The notes beneath the pieces are model-generated. The model made no database searches. It saw only the letters and a program-made list of their open reading frames with translations, and was not told the DNA's origin. Positions 11,991 through 25,554 of a stretch of 64,000 bases of DNA are shown in pieces. The stretch is from assembly GCA_030265395.1 (NCBI GenBank), contig JARFYF010000012.1, positions 22,636,213 to 22,700,212 on the forward strand, in the 5' to 3' direction. This DNA is from Rhina ancylostomus (lineage: Eukaryota). Made by a program: the position numbers and the translations under genes. How positions within the stretch are numbered: position 1 is the stretch's first letter; every line of letters begins with the position of its first letter.

Positions 11991-13309
11991 TCCAAGGCAC
12001 ACACAAAGGGAAGGCATGATGGTGTTCATTAATATATAAAATAGGAATGATTTATTTTGAATAAAATCTACATATTATTACAATATACAAAGTATTTTTG
12101 TTGATATTGTGCCAGGAATCCAGTTTACCTTGGCTATGACATAAATGTGCAGATTTTTGAGAGGTGGACCTACACCCTTGTATCAATTATAAAGTCTGGA
12201 CCTTGGTAGGCTTGTAGTTATTGGATTTAGAAGAATGAGACATAATTTGCTTAAAACATCTAAGATCTTGAGCAGTCTTGACAAGATGAATGTTCAGAGG
12301 ATATTTCCTTTTGTGGGAGAATCTTGAATGAGGGATCACTGTGGAAAAACAAGGGGTTGCAATTTTACGGTTGGATTGTCTAGCATGGAGCTCGGTGGTT
12401 CTGAATTGCAGATGCCAGGATCCACAGCAAAAAAAGGTGCCGGAGGAACTCAGCAGTCAGGTAGCATCTGTGGAGGCAAAGGGATAGTTGACATTTTGGG
12501 TTAAGACCCTGCATCAGATGCAGACTGAATTGCTCCCATGACTTGTTTTTTGGTTCCAAATGACAATCAGCAGAGATACCGATAATGAGAAGGACACAGC
12601 AGAGAGGTGAACCCTTTCCCAAAGCTTTTTTTCATAACTGTGTTCTACTAATTGGTATTCAGAGCAGACTTTGGATATTTAACTGGATCAACAGTTACCC
12701 GTTATGTTTATAGCTAACATTAACTCAAGCAACTACTTTGAAGGGATCCCAGGAGGTACCTTATTAGCATTAACTTGGAATGGTAAATTATTACAGCACA
12801 GACATCTAGTAAGACAGGTTCTCAGAGCTGATTACTTAACACAATTAGTTGTAATGCTAAAGATCCTTGATGGCAACAATTTAATTCTGTGAGGCAATAT
12901 TCCTTTCTCGCTGGGTGGTGCTATGGATCAATGACAAAATAGCCTTGTGATAATTCTTTTAAAGGAACCATTACACACTGGACACTTGCAGCATGGAATG
13001 CATTTGAGGATAAAAATATTTACTTGCTTCTACATTTCTGGAGTTAGACTTATATCAAGGACACAATAATGCTACATGATTATAAAATCCCTGCGTGGCA
13101 TGTGCAATTTTGCGTAATCTTGATCACTTATCCTCTTACAATAATCCGGTATTTCAGTTGACTCAGAATGTGATGTCCATTGGAGCTGAAGGGAATATTA
13201 GCCATGGCCCAGTACTATTTTGTCATAATATTATTTTGGCATGCTGCGATGTGTTCATGACTGCCTGNNNNNNNNNNGCATGTTGCCCCCCCCCCCCCCC
13301 ATAGCCATA

Positions 13310-14950
13310 CATCATGCAGTATCACTTGTGCCTGTTGCTAATTATCCTCCTCTCCCTCCTTAGGCTCATCCTGTTTCTCCTCCAGCTCTTCCTAGTATTC
13401 CTCCCTCAGCTAATGTTTGAGATCTCCAGTTGGTTATGTTGTGCAGCTTACAGCTAATGCTGATGAAATATGAAGACCTGTTTGATGCATACTGCAGTGG
13501 GACCCTGGGGCAGTACAGATAGCAGAATCCCAATTTAAATAAGTTGATGGCATTCCCTGCTAGCTGTCAAATGTATTGCTAACTTTGACTGTTTTCTCTG
13601 CCACGTGAATACATATGTCTTGTCTATGAGGGTCCTGGAGACATTGAGGCTTTTATTGTATAATAACATTTGAGCTAGGAAAGTGATTTCACATTGACCT
13701 GTTGGGCCCCAAGTTCTGGCTCTCAGGGCATAAGACTATATTTACAAAGGAAATGGCAACAGCTGTAGGCCATTTGGACCCTTGAATCTACTTCGCCATT
13801 CAACTAATGATCAGAGCTGAACTTTTACCTCAACACCTTCCTCTTGGCATATCCCAATATCCATTCATTCCACTTATATCCAGAAATCCATCAATCTCCA
13901 TTTCAAATGTAATTAATCGAGTCTCCGCAATGTTTCAGGATAGAGAATTTCAAAGATTCACCACAGGAAAAAATGAAGAAATTTTACTTTATTTCTGTCC
14001 TGAATAGCCTGTGATCCCTCAATATAGACTCCTCAGACAGGGGAAAAATTCTCCTGTGTTTATCCTGTCAAGTCCTCTAAGAATTTCAATGAGGCCACCT
14101 CTCATTCCGCTAAACGGTAAAGAATAGAGGCTAAGCTTACTTAATCTGTCCTCATATGACAAATCTGCTAACCTAGGAACCAATCTGGCTGCACTCTCTC
14201 TATAGTAAGTTTATCTATTTTTAGGAACGGACACCAAAATTGTACACAATACTGCAGGTGCGGCCTCACTGATGACTTATTTAGTTGTAGAAAGAAAGAT
14301 AGCTTTACTTTTGAACAAATTTCTCAAGCAGCTAAGGTTAGTGTACCATTTGCCTATTTTTAGCATTCAGTATCAAGACATATGGAAAATAATAGTACAA
14401 TTGAACAGTTATAATGGACATTAAAGGGGAATCACCTTTGACTAATCGAATGGGGTCCTAGTTACACCAGTCCAGAAAGAAGGTTGGCAAAATGGATTCC
14501 CTAAAATTGAAAGAGTCATGTGAACATCTTGATGCCTGACATTGAATATTCTTTATGATGAGGTATTATTAAACCTTACAATTTTTGAAGAACTCTGGGT
14601 TCTGAAGGAGAGCCCAAGGAGCTACACAAACTTTAGAGAAACCAGCAATACTGGAAGATCCATGCACCTACTCTGTCTCATATCTTGTGTTGAGGAAAGG
14701 TAAAGTCCCTTTTCCTTGAATACGGAGCACCAGTGACTTCCCTAACAATGCAGGAAACAGTAAACAGGTAGGGCGTAGTTCATCTGAATGGAATGAATCT
14801 GAAGCTAGAAGGTTGAGTGTGGCAGTCAGCTTGATCTCTATGGGCTGAGTAGTCCAAGCAGTTGGCATAGGCTGCCCTCAGAATGTCACGTATCTCTGTG
14901 TTGACTGACATGGAACACCAAAGCCTGCAGAGATATCGCTCTTCAGAAAG
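13310..14950 (-). pseudogene. Fossil PIF/Harbinger (HARBI1-like) transposase, interrupted by a CR1 fragment at about 13735-14360
   Basis: Collinear decayed motifs LSEERYLCRL, PIEIKLTATLNLLASDSF, SIAGFSKV, YNKSLNVSRTLIDKT, PLQYASNRSSYFISISCKLHNI, then a GA-rich tail. Confidence 0.7.
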
Positions 14951-14965
14951 GTCAAGGTAGAAAAA

Positions 14966-15185
14966 TGGAGACTCAAGAGACTGCAGATCCTGAAATCTGC
15001 AGCAAAAAAAACCAAAATGCTGGAGAAACTCAGCAGGTCAGGCAGCATCTGTGGAGGCAGAGGGATAGCTTATATTTTGGGTCGAGTTCCTGCCTTAGGA
15101 CTCATCCAGGGTCTCAATCCAAAATATTGACTATTCCTTTGCCTCCACAGAATCTGCCCAATCCATAGAGTTACTCTAGTGGTTG
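14966..15185. mobile_element. Penelope-derived palindromic element
   Basis: ctcagcaggtcaggcagcatctgtggaggc arm and reverse-complement arm gcctccacag. Confidence 0.75.
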
Positions 15186-15513
15186 GTTTTTAGTTCAAGG
15201 TAGAAAGTTGAGTTCTTGTAAAATCTGTATGGATAGACTCTTCTGACTTGAGCACTTTTCGTCCTCCTCCCTTAAGGTACCCAACATTGCCAGTGATGCC
15301 AGGTCTGAAGCTCTCACTCAGAGTGCAACTTGCAGCATCATCATCATATCCACCCACTGTAAGGAGTTTCCCTGTGTTGAACTGACAGTGGAACTCAGGG
15401 ATCTCTATGGTCAAGTGGAACAGATTGAGCACTCACCCTATGGTTCTCTGCAACTCTCAGTGTGAGCGGCCTTTAAATGTGCTGCTACAAATTAAGTAAC
15501 TACTAGATTACCT

Positions 15514-15640
15514 GAGACACAAGAAATTCTGCAGATGCTAGATTCTGGAGCAATACACAAAAATGCTGGAGGAACTCAGCAGGTCAGGCAGCATCCATGG
15601 AGGGAAATAAACAGTCGACATTTTCGGCTGAGACCTGGTG
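15514..15640. mobile_element. Penelope-terminus half element
   Basis: ctgcagatgct...tgctggaggaactcagcaggtcaggcagcatc. Confidence 0.75.
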
Positions 15641-16009
15641 GAGACCTGGTGGTTTGGTGATTGCCAAATGATTGACACACTTTGGAACTTTGTGACCTGG
15701 TTTCTAAACCAGCAATTCTCCAAAATAGTGTTGCGTGAGGATCAATGCATCCAATGTTGAAAAGTTGAAAAAGCCTCCCATGTCATCCCTTTACATCTTT
15801 GGGCTCCTGCCACTGTTCAGTTCCAGGACCATCAAGATTGACTTTCTGGTTTGGGAGAAGGTAAATAAAGAGGAATGGGGAATGTAAGTGGTAGGTACGG
15901 GCAATTGGTCCACTTGGGAAAATCCAGAAGATCACAGCTTGCTGTAAACCAGGCAAATTATTTCACAATGATTCAAGTACCTGGCTTTGGACAGACAGCA
16001 GCGGAAGTC

Positions 16010-16350
16010 TCAAATGCCATTAGCCTTAGGAGGCTCTGACAAATTAACTTAAAAATTAACTTACAAAACAACCAAAGAGTTATTTTTGATCTGTAGTCAG
16101 CTGTGTAGGCAAATGTGGTAATCAGTTTGTGCAAACAGGAATGGAATATATCATCTGATCCATTCAATGTTCTTTGTTACAGGATAAACCTTGGACTAGA
16201 GAATGCTGCTGTTTCTCCCCCAAGGTGTCATGTGATCTGCTGGGGCAGCCAGACTTCAGGTTAACATTTCATCTGAAAGACAATGTGTTGCTCACTTAGC
16301 ACTGTATTGAGTGGAGTTTTGAACTACACTACTTATTAGTAATGAACCAA
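16010..16350 (-). mobile_element. Decayed Deu-domain SINE (SacSINE1/AmnSINE-like)
   Basis: ggataaa...ggttaacatttcatctgaaagac...gcactgtattg resembles the reverse complement of the DeuSINE body. Confidence 0.5.
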
Positions 16351-18404
16351 AGAGTCACAACAGACAATTAATTAATTAAGTTACAAAAATAGGTAACAGA
16401 AATAAATTTTAGGGTGTCTTCCATGCCTCTTAGGTTGGTATCAAGATAAGAAATAATGAAATCTTTTATTTTCCAGTAAAAGCAACAAAAAATGAGAAGA
16501 GGTTGTGGGGTTCATGCTTTGTACATTTGTGATCAAATAAAATACAACAACTGAGGAATGAGTAAAGAAACTTGTTTTATGGTTCAGAATATTGCCTTTC
16601 GTGGGTCTCGTTTGTTTATTCTGATTGGTCAATGTCAGTTAAGGCAGGAGCAAAATCAATTAGTCCAAGTTTACTTAGTGTTGAAAGAAGAACAATTGGC
16701 CAGAGCTTTCATTTTTGATTGCCAATTAGTATGCAAAAAGAATATATACAATGGTTTGCAAGCATGATAATCAAACAAAAAAAAATGGTGCTCATCTGAT
16801 ACTGGGACTGGGAAACTCTTGTACACCCATTCAAATTCCTGTATACCAAAGACAGCATTGGCATATCGCCCAATGAAGCCTTGCATAAACTGAGTGGTGC
16901 CCATTTCTGTCGATGGAAGTGAACCACCAGCATCCCTTTCGTGAAGCTGATCATGCCTGTGGCTGGTGGTGGGAAGGGAGCATTGAAGTCCAGCACCTTG
17001 GAGTGAGGTTGGGATTGGGAGTAGAAAGGACTTGATGATTGTTGGCAAGGGTGAAGGATTGGAGGCGATGGTGGGGACGTCAGAGGCTAGCCAATTGTCT
17101 GAAGGAGCACAGGGATTAAAGGCTGCAGATTATAATTGGGAGGGAATCCGGAAGAACAGTGGTTGGCAGATTGTTCTGGTTGGTAGGGTGTCAGGACCAG
17201 AAGTAAATCAGAGGACTGGTGGGCTGAGTAAATCAGGTTGAGGTAAGGCAGTGGGGGAGATGGTGTTGGGATAAGGCCTAGAAATCTGGAGGCTGGGAGG
17301 TTCTTTTTCAATGAAGGATGAGGCACCCAAGGGTATCGGAAGTACTTTATGTACTTCACGGGCTTCCCAGTTTGATTCTGTTGGGAGAAATCCAAGTTAT
17401 TCTAAAGGTGCCCAACTACAAAGGGCCCTGAGAACAAGTGGTTCAATACTCCTGCAATTTTCCAAAGTAACACTGCATGGGGAGTGATGTGATCCCTCGT
17501 GGCCTAACACTGCATTCATGCTGTGTTGCAAGGGTCTCTGAGATCAGGAAGTGTTCAGTTGTGTTCAAGAAGTAATGTTAAATAAACAGCATTGTGAAAT
17601 TAGTTTCCAGGCCTGATTAAAGCAAAATGTTCTGGTTTGACTCCCAAGGTCAAATAACTTATTATTAATGTTCACTTCAAGGTTCAGAAATTAAAGAACA
17701 GCACAGCAATAGCAAACTCCTTCCACCTGGAACTATTATCAATTTCAGCAGGAAGTGGAAGGCATAGAAAGTTGCTAGTAAATAAAGAGAAAGAGTAAAA
17801 ATCTTTAATAATTTCAAAGCAGAATTAGGCAATCTACAAATGTACCAGAAGTATTATGCATTAAAAAATTATTTTGGCTTTAACACAAGTACAGACCTTC
17901 ATTCACCTCAGCTTCATTTCCACTGATGTTTTGCTTTGTCATATGCAAACCACAGTCAAAATGGTAGTCATGAAAATAGGGTTTTTATCTAGGTTGCATT
18001 TTAGCTAGCTTCTGGAAGCACACAGCAGCCTAATGCAATCATCCCTCTCATTTACCTCATCCCCAAGCAAAAAACCTGAACTGAAGGTCAGTTCACCATA
18101 GCAACAAAATTGAAATCAGGAACTTGGTTAAATGAGGTTGAAACCTGCATCTAACAGAACAGATCCATCCTGCTCTCCCAAACACAATAGTATTCAAATA
18201 CTAAGACAAGAAAGTTTTTATTGAAGCTTAATTTCATTTAGAAAACAATTACATTTTTGAACAAAAATTAAGTCACATGCTTTCATTCTCTTGCGTGTAA
18301 CTGCCTTCAGTACATTTACACAAAAGAAATAGTGTGGACTCACAGCTTTTAATGACAGGTTACAATGTTTTCAAAAAGTGTTTAAGAAAGATATTGTGTA
18401 CTTA

Positions 18405-19790
18405 TTAAGGTCATTACTTTACCAATAATTGTCCAACTTGTATTGAAACAATGAATAGAATTATTTTTAAAAGTCCTTNNNNNNNNNNNNNNNNNNNNNN
18501 NNNNNNNNNNNNNNNNNNNNNNNNNNNNNNNNNNNNNNNNNNNNNNNNNNNNNNNNNNNNNNNNNNNNNNNNNNNNNNTTTTTACAAGTCCTTGATTTCT
18601 TGTTTAATCTACAGTTTACCATAAAAAAGTTATGTTGATTCAATGTGTTTATTTTATGAACCATTTAAATAAAATGCAATATAGAAAGGGAAATATATTC
18701 CAGCTCAAAATAAAATCACAGCTTTTAATAGGCTTACCACTTCGGTGAACTAACCATACTGTATCTGTATGGATAAATAGATATGTTCTTAATTCCTTAA
18801 AACTATGAAATGGCTTACCCATGCAAAGTCCTTTTCCATAGCTCTCCACGGTTAAGACTTGGCATGAAAATATCATCCTCCTAATGTATGCAGAAAGGCA
18901 CCAGCGTTTTCCAAACTATTTCCAATAATGAGAAATAATTTGGGACTTTACTTTTTGGAAAACACTAAAATTGTATGTAGTAAATACCTCTTTCTTGACA
19001 GAATTAAAGCATACTAAAAGCTTTTAAAAAGGTTCGAAGTGAACACAACATGTTATAAGGACCAAGTTCAATCAGTCATGCGTTCATAACGTTTAAGGTT
19101 CACTAAATGATTAACACAGAAAAGCTTGTTTGCAGTGCAAAAATGTTTTAAGCTTTTTGTTGGTACTATTTTAAAGGGCAAATCCACAGAAAATAATTTT
19201 CTGAAATTGAGGCATTCATTTTTTTGTAATTATATGTGCCTAATTTTCCTAAGTTGTCATTGATAAGTAAACTAACGATAATCATGAATTCATGACTTGT
19301 TAAGGTCCTACTTTATCAACAATTGTCTGATACATATTCGAACAATGAATAGAATTCTTTAGAAGTCCTTGATTGCTTGTTTAATCTGCCATCTATAATA
19401 AAAACCTACTTTGATTCTATGTGTTTATTCTATGAACCATTTAACTGAAATGCAATAATGCAAAGTGAAATCAGTAATCAGAGTAATTCAATAAAATGAA
19501 TAAAAGTGTTTTTTTCCTGCTGGTTTACTTTGTGTATTTTAACTTCTCATTATCTTATCATTTTTTCCACTGCAAAAGCAAGAGACATTTATGTTTGGCA
19601 AAATAAATTGTATTGAAGAGGCTCCTAACTTCAGTATTTAAATAAGACAAAAGTAGGAGAGAAAAATGGGAAGTTACAAAACTGATTGTAAAACATCGAT
19701 TGTGAGGAATTTATGGATTTCAAGACAGAATTCAAGCATATCAAAAGTTTTTTATGAGGTTCAAAGTGAACACAATGTGTTGTAGGGAAG
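18405..19790. repeat. Diverged tandem duplication, unit about 750 bp, spanning a gap
   Basis: 18408-18690 matches 19302-19457; 18997-19060 matches 19724-19787. Confidence 0.85.
18819..18880 (-). CDS. Candidate 62-bp exon (alternative donor ending at 18738)
   Basis: Acceptor ctttctgcatacattag|; donors TGG|gtaagc and GTG|gtaagc. Phase 2 to 1 frame is open (RMIFSCQVLTVESYGKGLCM). Confidence 0.3.
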
Positions 19791-19844
19791 TTACTGGACT
19801 GTATAATTGAGGATAAAAAGATTGAGAATTAACAATAATTTCTC

Positions 19845-20640
19845 TATTCATTCTTGGAATGTGGTAATAACTGACAAGGCCAGCATTTATTATAAAACCT
19901 TGAGGAAATGAGATGAGTTGTCATCTTGATCTGCTACACTCCATTTGGTAAATGTACTTTCACATTGCTGCTGGTTAATGAGTTTCAAGATTTTGAACGA
20001 GTAATGATCGAACAAAAAAATATGTCCAAGTCAGGACAATGTGTTACATGAAGGTGAACTTCCCTACTTTCTTTTTCATCAGAATTGTTATTTCATTTGA
20101 GCAGTGCTATTGACACCATCTTTGGTCAGATGTAGATGGCACACACTGCAGCCACAGTGCATTAATGGTTGAGGAAATTAATGTCTTAAGGTGGTGAATG
20201 GGTTTCCTGTTAAGTGGATTGCATTGTTTGAATGCTGTAAGCTTCTTGAATGTTATTAGAGCTGTACTTATCCAGATGGGTGGAGAGATTCCATTACTCC
20301 TGTAACTTCTGCTTTGTAGATGTAGAAAGCCTTTAAAGCATCTATGGTAAGACCCATACTGTACAAAATGTAACCTCTAGTTTGCACTTGCAGCCACACT
20401 ATTTATGTGACCAATCCACTAAAGTTTCCACTCTCTGGTGACCTTCACATTGTTACTGTTATGGGGAATTTAAAAAACTCATGCTACTCAATATCAATTG
20501 CAGATGTTTATGTTTCCCCTCTTAGAGTTGGTCAATACTGCTAGTTGAGTGATAAGAATGTTGCTGGTGATTGATTACATACAGATGCAACAAATCATTA
20601 TTCAATCAATATGAACAAGCAAGGGAAATTCTCTCGGTCT
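19845..20640 (-). mobile_element. Old LINE 3' fragment, same family as 5375-7830
   Basis: 3' end reads gacaaggccagcatttatt on +; collinear with 5380-6010. Confidence 0.75.
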
Positions 20641-22320
20641 ATCACATCATCAGAATGCTCTGATTTTTATATACATTTGAGACAAGCACAATAATTGAGG
20701 TTAACAAATAGTGATGTTGCCACTAGACAGGTGACCACTTTAACCCACTCCATTAGCCCTCCATGTTGTTCCCATCACCCTGCACGTTGTCCGTTACAGG
20801 AGGTCTTTGTTCTTTTCGGACCTCTGCACTTAGTTATGGTTCCCATTCATCTCATCTGCCTCCACCCTCATCTCCCAATTCTCAATATAATAACCAATTA
20901 ACATTCCTGTGCAAATGTTCTTATCTAAATGTTCTCGAGTTGATTGATTCAGTGTTGGCGGTTGCAGCCAAACCAATAATCTTCCTACTCCTGACCTTCT
21001 AAAAATCTTATTTCAATCAAGTATCCTGGCAGATTTTGCACTTTTAAGCAATGCTGAATATGCTTTTATAACTGTAGCTTACACTGTTGGTAGATCTACA
21101 TAACTGCATGTCATACATTTATTAATTTTACACATTCCAATCATCTTATATTGATAAAACAAAATAAGATAATATTCTTATTGGAAGTTGGAACTTATGG
21201 TTAATATGTTTCTAAAACCTACCTGTGCCCATACTGTAGAACTACAGCTACCAGTAACATATGCCACTTGCCAGTTTTCAACCTTAGCCTGACTGGTACT
21301 ATCTGAAGGACTAAACATGTAACGTTCTTCAATCACCAATGAATATTCTCACTTGTGACCTTAAAATAAAGAGAAGTCTATAGACAAAGCAGTTGAAGTT
21401 GGTTGGGCCTATGCCACTGGCCCAATGAACCCTACAGCAAAATTCCAGGCTTAAGATGATAGCGCTGTAACAACAATAATCACCCATCTTTGAATAGATA
21501 TGAATCTAGACTGTGAAAAGTTTTCTCCCAAACCATTTTGACTTTTACCAGGGCTCTTTGGTGCCCTACTCATTTAATTACTACTTCAATGAAGAGGCAA
21601 TACATCTCATCGTACCTCTTGTTCTTCCGTAAAAGTTTGGGGCAAATTAGTAATGTGAGTGGGGCCTGGCAGAATTCAATGAGCATGGGTGGGCAGGTTG
21701 TTGGTGACCAAGTATTACTTGATGATAGTGTTGGCAACAATTTCCATCGACTCACTGATGTCTAAGAGTAGGTTGATAGGGAAGGAATTGACCAGATTAG
21801 ATTTGTCCAGGTATTTTTTTTTAAATGGACAAAACAAATCAGTTCAATTTTCCAGTTTGTCACATAATTACAAACATTATACAAGAACATATGAAACAAG
21901 AACAGGAATAAACTATTTGGCCCTTCTAGCCGGCCCTGCTGTTCATCAAGATCATGCTGATCTTCTCCCTGAGTGCAATTGCCCATGATTCCTTTAATGT
22001 CTGGAAATATATTGATCTTTGTTTTGAATGAATACGATAATTGAGCCTTCACAGCCCTCTGGGGTAAAGAATTCTAAAGGTTTACCATTTTGGAGTGAAG
22101 GAATTTCTCCTCCTTAACAACCTGCCCCTTATTCTCAAACTATGTGCCCTGGTCCTAGGTTAATCATCAGGGGAATTTCTTTCCCACATCTAGCCTGTCA
22201 AGTCCTTCAAGAATTTTGTAAGTTTCCATGAGATCTCCTCTCATTTTGCTAAACTCTGAAGAATACAATTCTAGAAAACTCAATTTCTCCTCATAGGACA
22301 GACTCACCATCCCTGATAAC

Positions 22321-22667
22321 TGTCACAATGTTGATCGAGAGCAAACCCACAGAGAACCCAAATGCAGCACACTGATACAAGACTGGAGTCAGGATACTCC
22401 CTCAGGACAAACACAGGCAGTAACTGGAAGGAATCTTGCCTCANNNNNNNNNNNNNNNNNNNNNNNNNNNNNNNNNNNNNNNNNNNNNNNNNNNNNNNNN
22501 NNNNNNNNNNNNNNNNNNNNNNNNNNNNNNNNNNNNNNNNNNNATGCTAGGCCCCTGATGGGGCTCAGATGTGCACAGTTATCTAATCAGTCCAGCATGG
22601 AATCCATGTGCTGGACAACATAGCATTAATGGAGCCAAATTGAGGACCAGAACTCAAAACCATGACA
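22321..22667. mobile_element. LTR element (solo LTR, or provirus collapsed in the gap), probably Gypsy-type
   Basis: TGTCA...TGACA termini with perfect 5-bp TSD ATAAC (22316-22320 and 22668-22672). Confidence 0.8.
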
Positions 22668-23049
22668 ATAACAGTCTAGTAAATTTTTGCTGCACTCCCT
22701 TTAAAACAAGCATATTCTTTTTTATATACAATATAACATAGAAAAATAAAGAAAAGCAGAATATTAAGTGGTGAGAGATTGGATAATATTATTATTTGAG
22801 GGGACCCCAGTGTGCTTGTACTTAAGTCACTGAAAGCCATCATGAAGGTGAGCGAATGGTTAGGGGGAGCAAAAGGCTCACAAATCTCGAGGTATGAACT
22901 CAATAAGACCCTATACAATTGTAATAAGACTTCCTCATCCCTCTCCCACAATAAAGACTAGCATGCCTTTTGCTCTCCTAATCAGTTCATAATGGTTTTC
23001 AGTGACACATGTACAAGCACACCCAAGTCCCTTTGAACAACAATACTAC

Positions 23050-23225
23050 CCAACAAATGCTGGAGGAACTCAGCAGATCAGGCAGCATCTGTGGAGAGAA
23101 ATGAACAGTTGTTTCAGGCCAAAACGTCAACTGTTCATTTCCCTCCATAGATGCTGCCTGACTTGTTGAGTTTCTCCAGCATTTTTGTGACCTCAGATTT
23201 CTAGCATCTGCAGTCTTTCTTGTAT
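23050..23225. mobile_element. Penelope-derived palindromic element
   Basis: Inverted arms; flanked by repeated caacaatactaccca-like sequence (possible TSD). Confidence 0.8.
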
Positions 23226-24459
23226 CAACAATACTACCCAATCTTTACCCGCTTCATATTTTGCTTTTTTTTTAATGGGCATCAAAGTAAATAATCTCAT
23301 ATTTTTCCTCATTATATTCCATCTGTCATTTACTCACTCATTCATTCAGCTTGCCCATTTCACCTTAGAGCCTTTTTGCATCCTCCACCATACTCACAAT
23401 TCAATCGTGTTTAGTATTTTCAGCAAACTTTTAGCTGACATTTTGTCCCCTCAGCCAAATGGTTAATAGTTGTACCCAAGCATCTCTGGTATCCCATTAG
23501 TCACATCCCATCAACCTGAGAAGGATTTGTTTATTCCTATACTTTGCATTTTGTCCAATAAACATATCTTAATCTTTGTCAGCACACTACCCCTAATTCA
23601 TGTGCTCTAACCTCATTAAATTGCCTCCTGTGGAGGACTTCATCAAAATCCTTCCAGAAATGTAAACATAATTCTTCCACCATTGCCCTTTCATCTATTT
23701 TGGTAATCAAATTCTCAAAGAACTCCAAAGGTCAATCAAACATGATTTTATTTTCATAAATCCAGGATGACTTTACTCAATCCAATAATTCTTTTCCATG
23801 TGGTGTTTTGTTGTTACATCTTTCATTACAGATTTCCACATTTCCCATACAATTGACATTAGGTGAACAGGTCAGTGGTTCCCTGTTTTTTCTCTTCATC
23901 CTATCTTAAAATACTCGGGTCACGCCTGCCACCCTCTAATAGAAAGGAACAATTGAAGAATCCATGGTGATAACCGGAGCATCTATTTTCTCTTAACCCA
24001 CCTCTTTCTTAACTCTGCGGTGTAGATCATCAGGAACTTGGGATTTATCAGCTTTCAATAGATCACTTCTAAAGATTGATTTCTTTGACCAACAGTTATT
24101 TTCCTCATTCTCATTAGATTTTCTGATATATTTGGTAGGTTTCATGTGCCTTTGTTCATGAAGGCAATGCAAAGTAGATGTTTTATTTCTCTGCCATTTG
24201 CTCACTCATCTCTGTCTGTAGTTGGCTCTCCATGTTTGTCCTCACTAGTCTTTTCCTTTTTGCATACGTGTAAAAATACCTTCAGACTGTTTTTATGTTT
24301 CTCTCCAGTTTCCACTTATATTCCACCTTGCCTTTTTTAATCAATTTCTTAATCCTCCTTTGTTAAGTTCTATCATGCTCCCAATCCTTAGGCCTGCTGC
24401 TATTTCTGGCAAATTTGTAACTTCTACTGTTATCTTAATATTGTATTTAATTTCTCTTC

Positions 24460-24745
24460 AGGCACGATAGCATAGCGGTTAGTGTAACGCTATTACAGTG
24501 CCAGTGACCTGGATCCAATTCCAGCTGCTGTCTGTAAGGAGTTTGTATGTTCTCCCCGTGTCTGCGTGGGTTTCCTCTGGTTCCCTCCCATATTCCAAAG
24601 ACATATGAGTTAGGAGCTGTGGGCATGCTATGTTGGTGTCAGAAGAGTGGCGTCACTTGTGGGCTGCACCCAGAACATTCTACGCAAAAGATGCATTTCA
24701 CCATATGTTTCGATGTACATGTGACTAATAAAGAAATCTTATCTT
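24460..24745 (+). mobile_element. V-SINE-type tRNA SINE with alternative tail (gatgtacatgtgactaataaag)
   Basis: tRNA head tagcatagcggttagtg...tccaattcc; core gagtttgtatgttctccccgtgtc. Confidence 0.85.
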
Positions 24746-24749
24746 AACT

Positions 24750-25240
24750 TAGATGAATCAACACAAGCTTGAGGAACACCACCTTATCTTCTGGACATGT
24801 TGCAACATGCAGAAATCAATGTGGAATTCTCCAACTTTAGATCACTCCCTCTTTCTTTCTGTTTGTATCAGAGCTGGATATTTTTGCCCGCTATTGTCAT
24901 TTTGACTCTTTTTTTTTGTTTTTGTATATCTGGCCTGCTGGGCATGTTCCCCAGCTGCACCATGAGCAACACGTTACACAGGCAAAGAAGTTTAACTTCT
25001 CCTTAACTGCCAATTATAGTCTCAGCCGATCAGATATATTCTCTTTGTTCCATCCATCCCCCTGCTACCTGGAACTAACTTGTTTTTTTTCCCCCTCTTA
25101 CCCAGTTTTAATGAAGGCTTTGGACCTGAAACATTAATTGTTTCTCTTTCCAAAATAAAGCCTGACCTGCTGAATGTTTCCAGCATTTTCTGTTTTTTAT
25201 GTCAGATTTCTGGCATCTGCAGTGTTTTTGATTTTTATCT
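24750..25240 (+). mobile_element. Penelope-like element 3' end with pLTR
   Basis: KLEEHHLIF and INVEFSNF (C-terminus after GIY-YIG), followed by the pLTR motif gacctgaaacatt. Confidence 0.75.
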
Positions 25241-25554
25241 TGAATTTGACTTTTGATTTTGAATCACTTTGTCTTTTGGGGTTTTGTGCCTTAAAGGAGT
25301 GTTTGGAACATGCACTATTTCTTTTAACGTTAACCATTGCCAGTCCAAGGGTGTACCTTTCAATGGTTTCTCCCAATCAACCACAGTCAACTCTCTTCTC
25401 ATACTTCCAGAGATTTCTTTAATTAGATTTAAGACCCTCGTTTTATATTGAAGTATATAATTTTCAAATGCTATATATATTTCTATCATATTAGGTCACT
25501 CTCCCCAAAGGCCCCTTGACAACAATCAACCCCTTTCTCAAAGTTTCTCAAAGT

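Larger units (their letters stand above)
21885..25540 (-). mobile_element. Old CR1 LINE carrying nested LTR, Penelope and SINE insertions
   Basis: Fragments EEVLLQLYRVL, DLLKADKSQVPDDLHRRVKKEV, MRRELTVVDWEK in collinear order. Confidence 0.8.

Noticed and set aside
16671-17048. Overlapping 125-aa and 95-aa minus-strand ORFs
   Set aside because: No recognisable motif or convincing splice-site pair; adjoins repeat-like GC-rich sequence.
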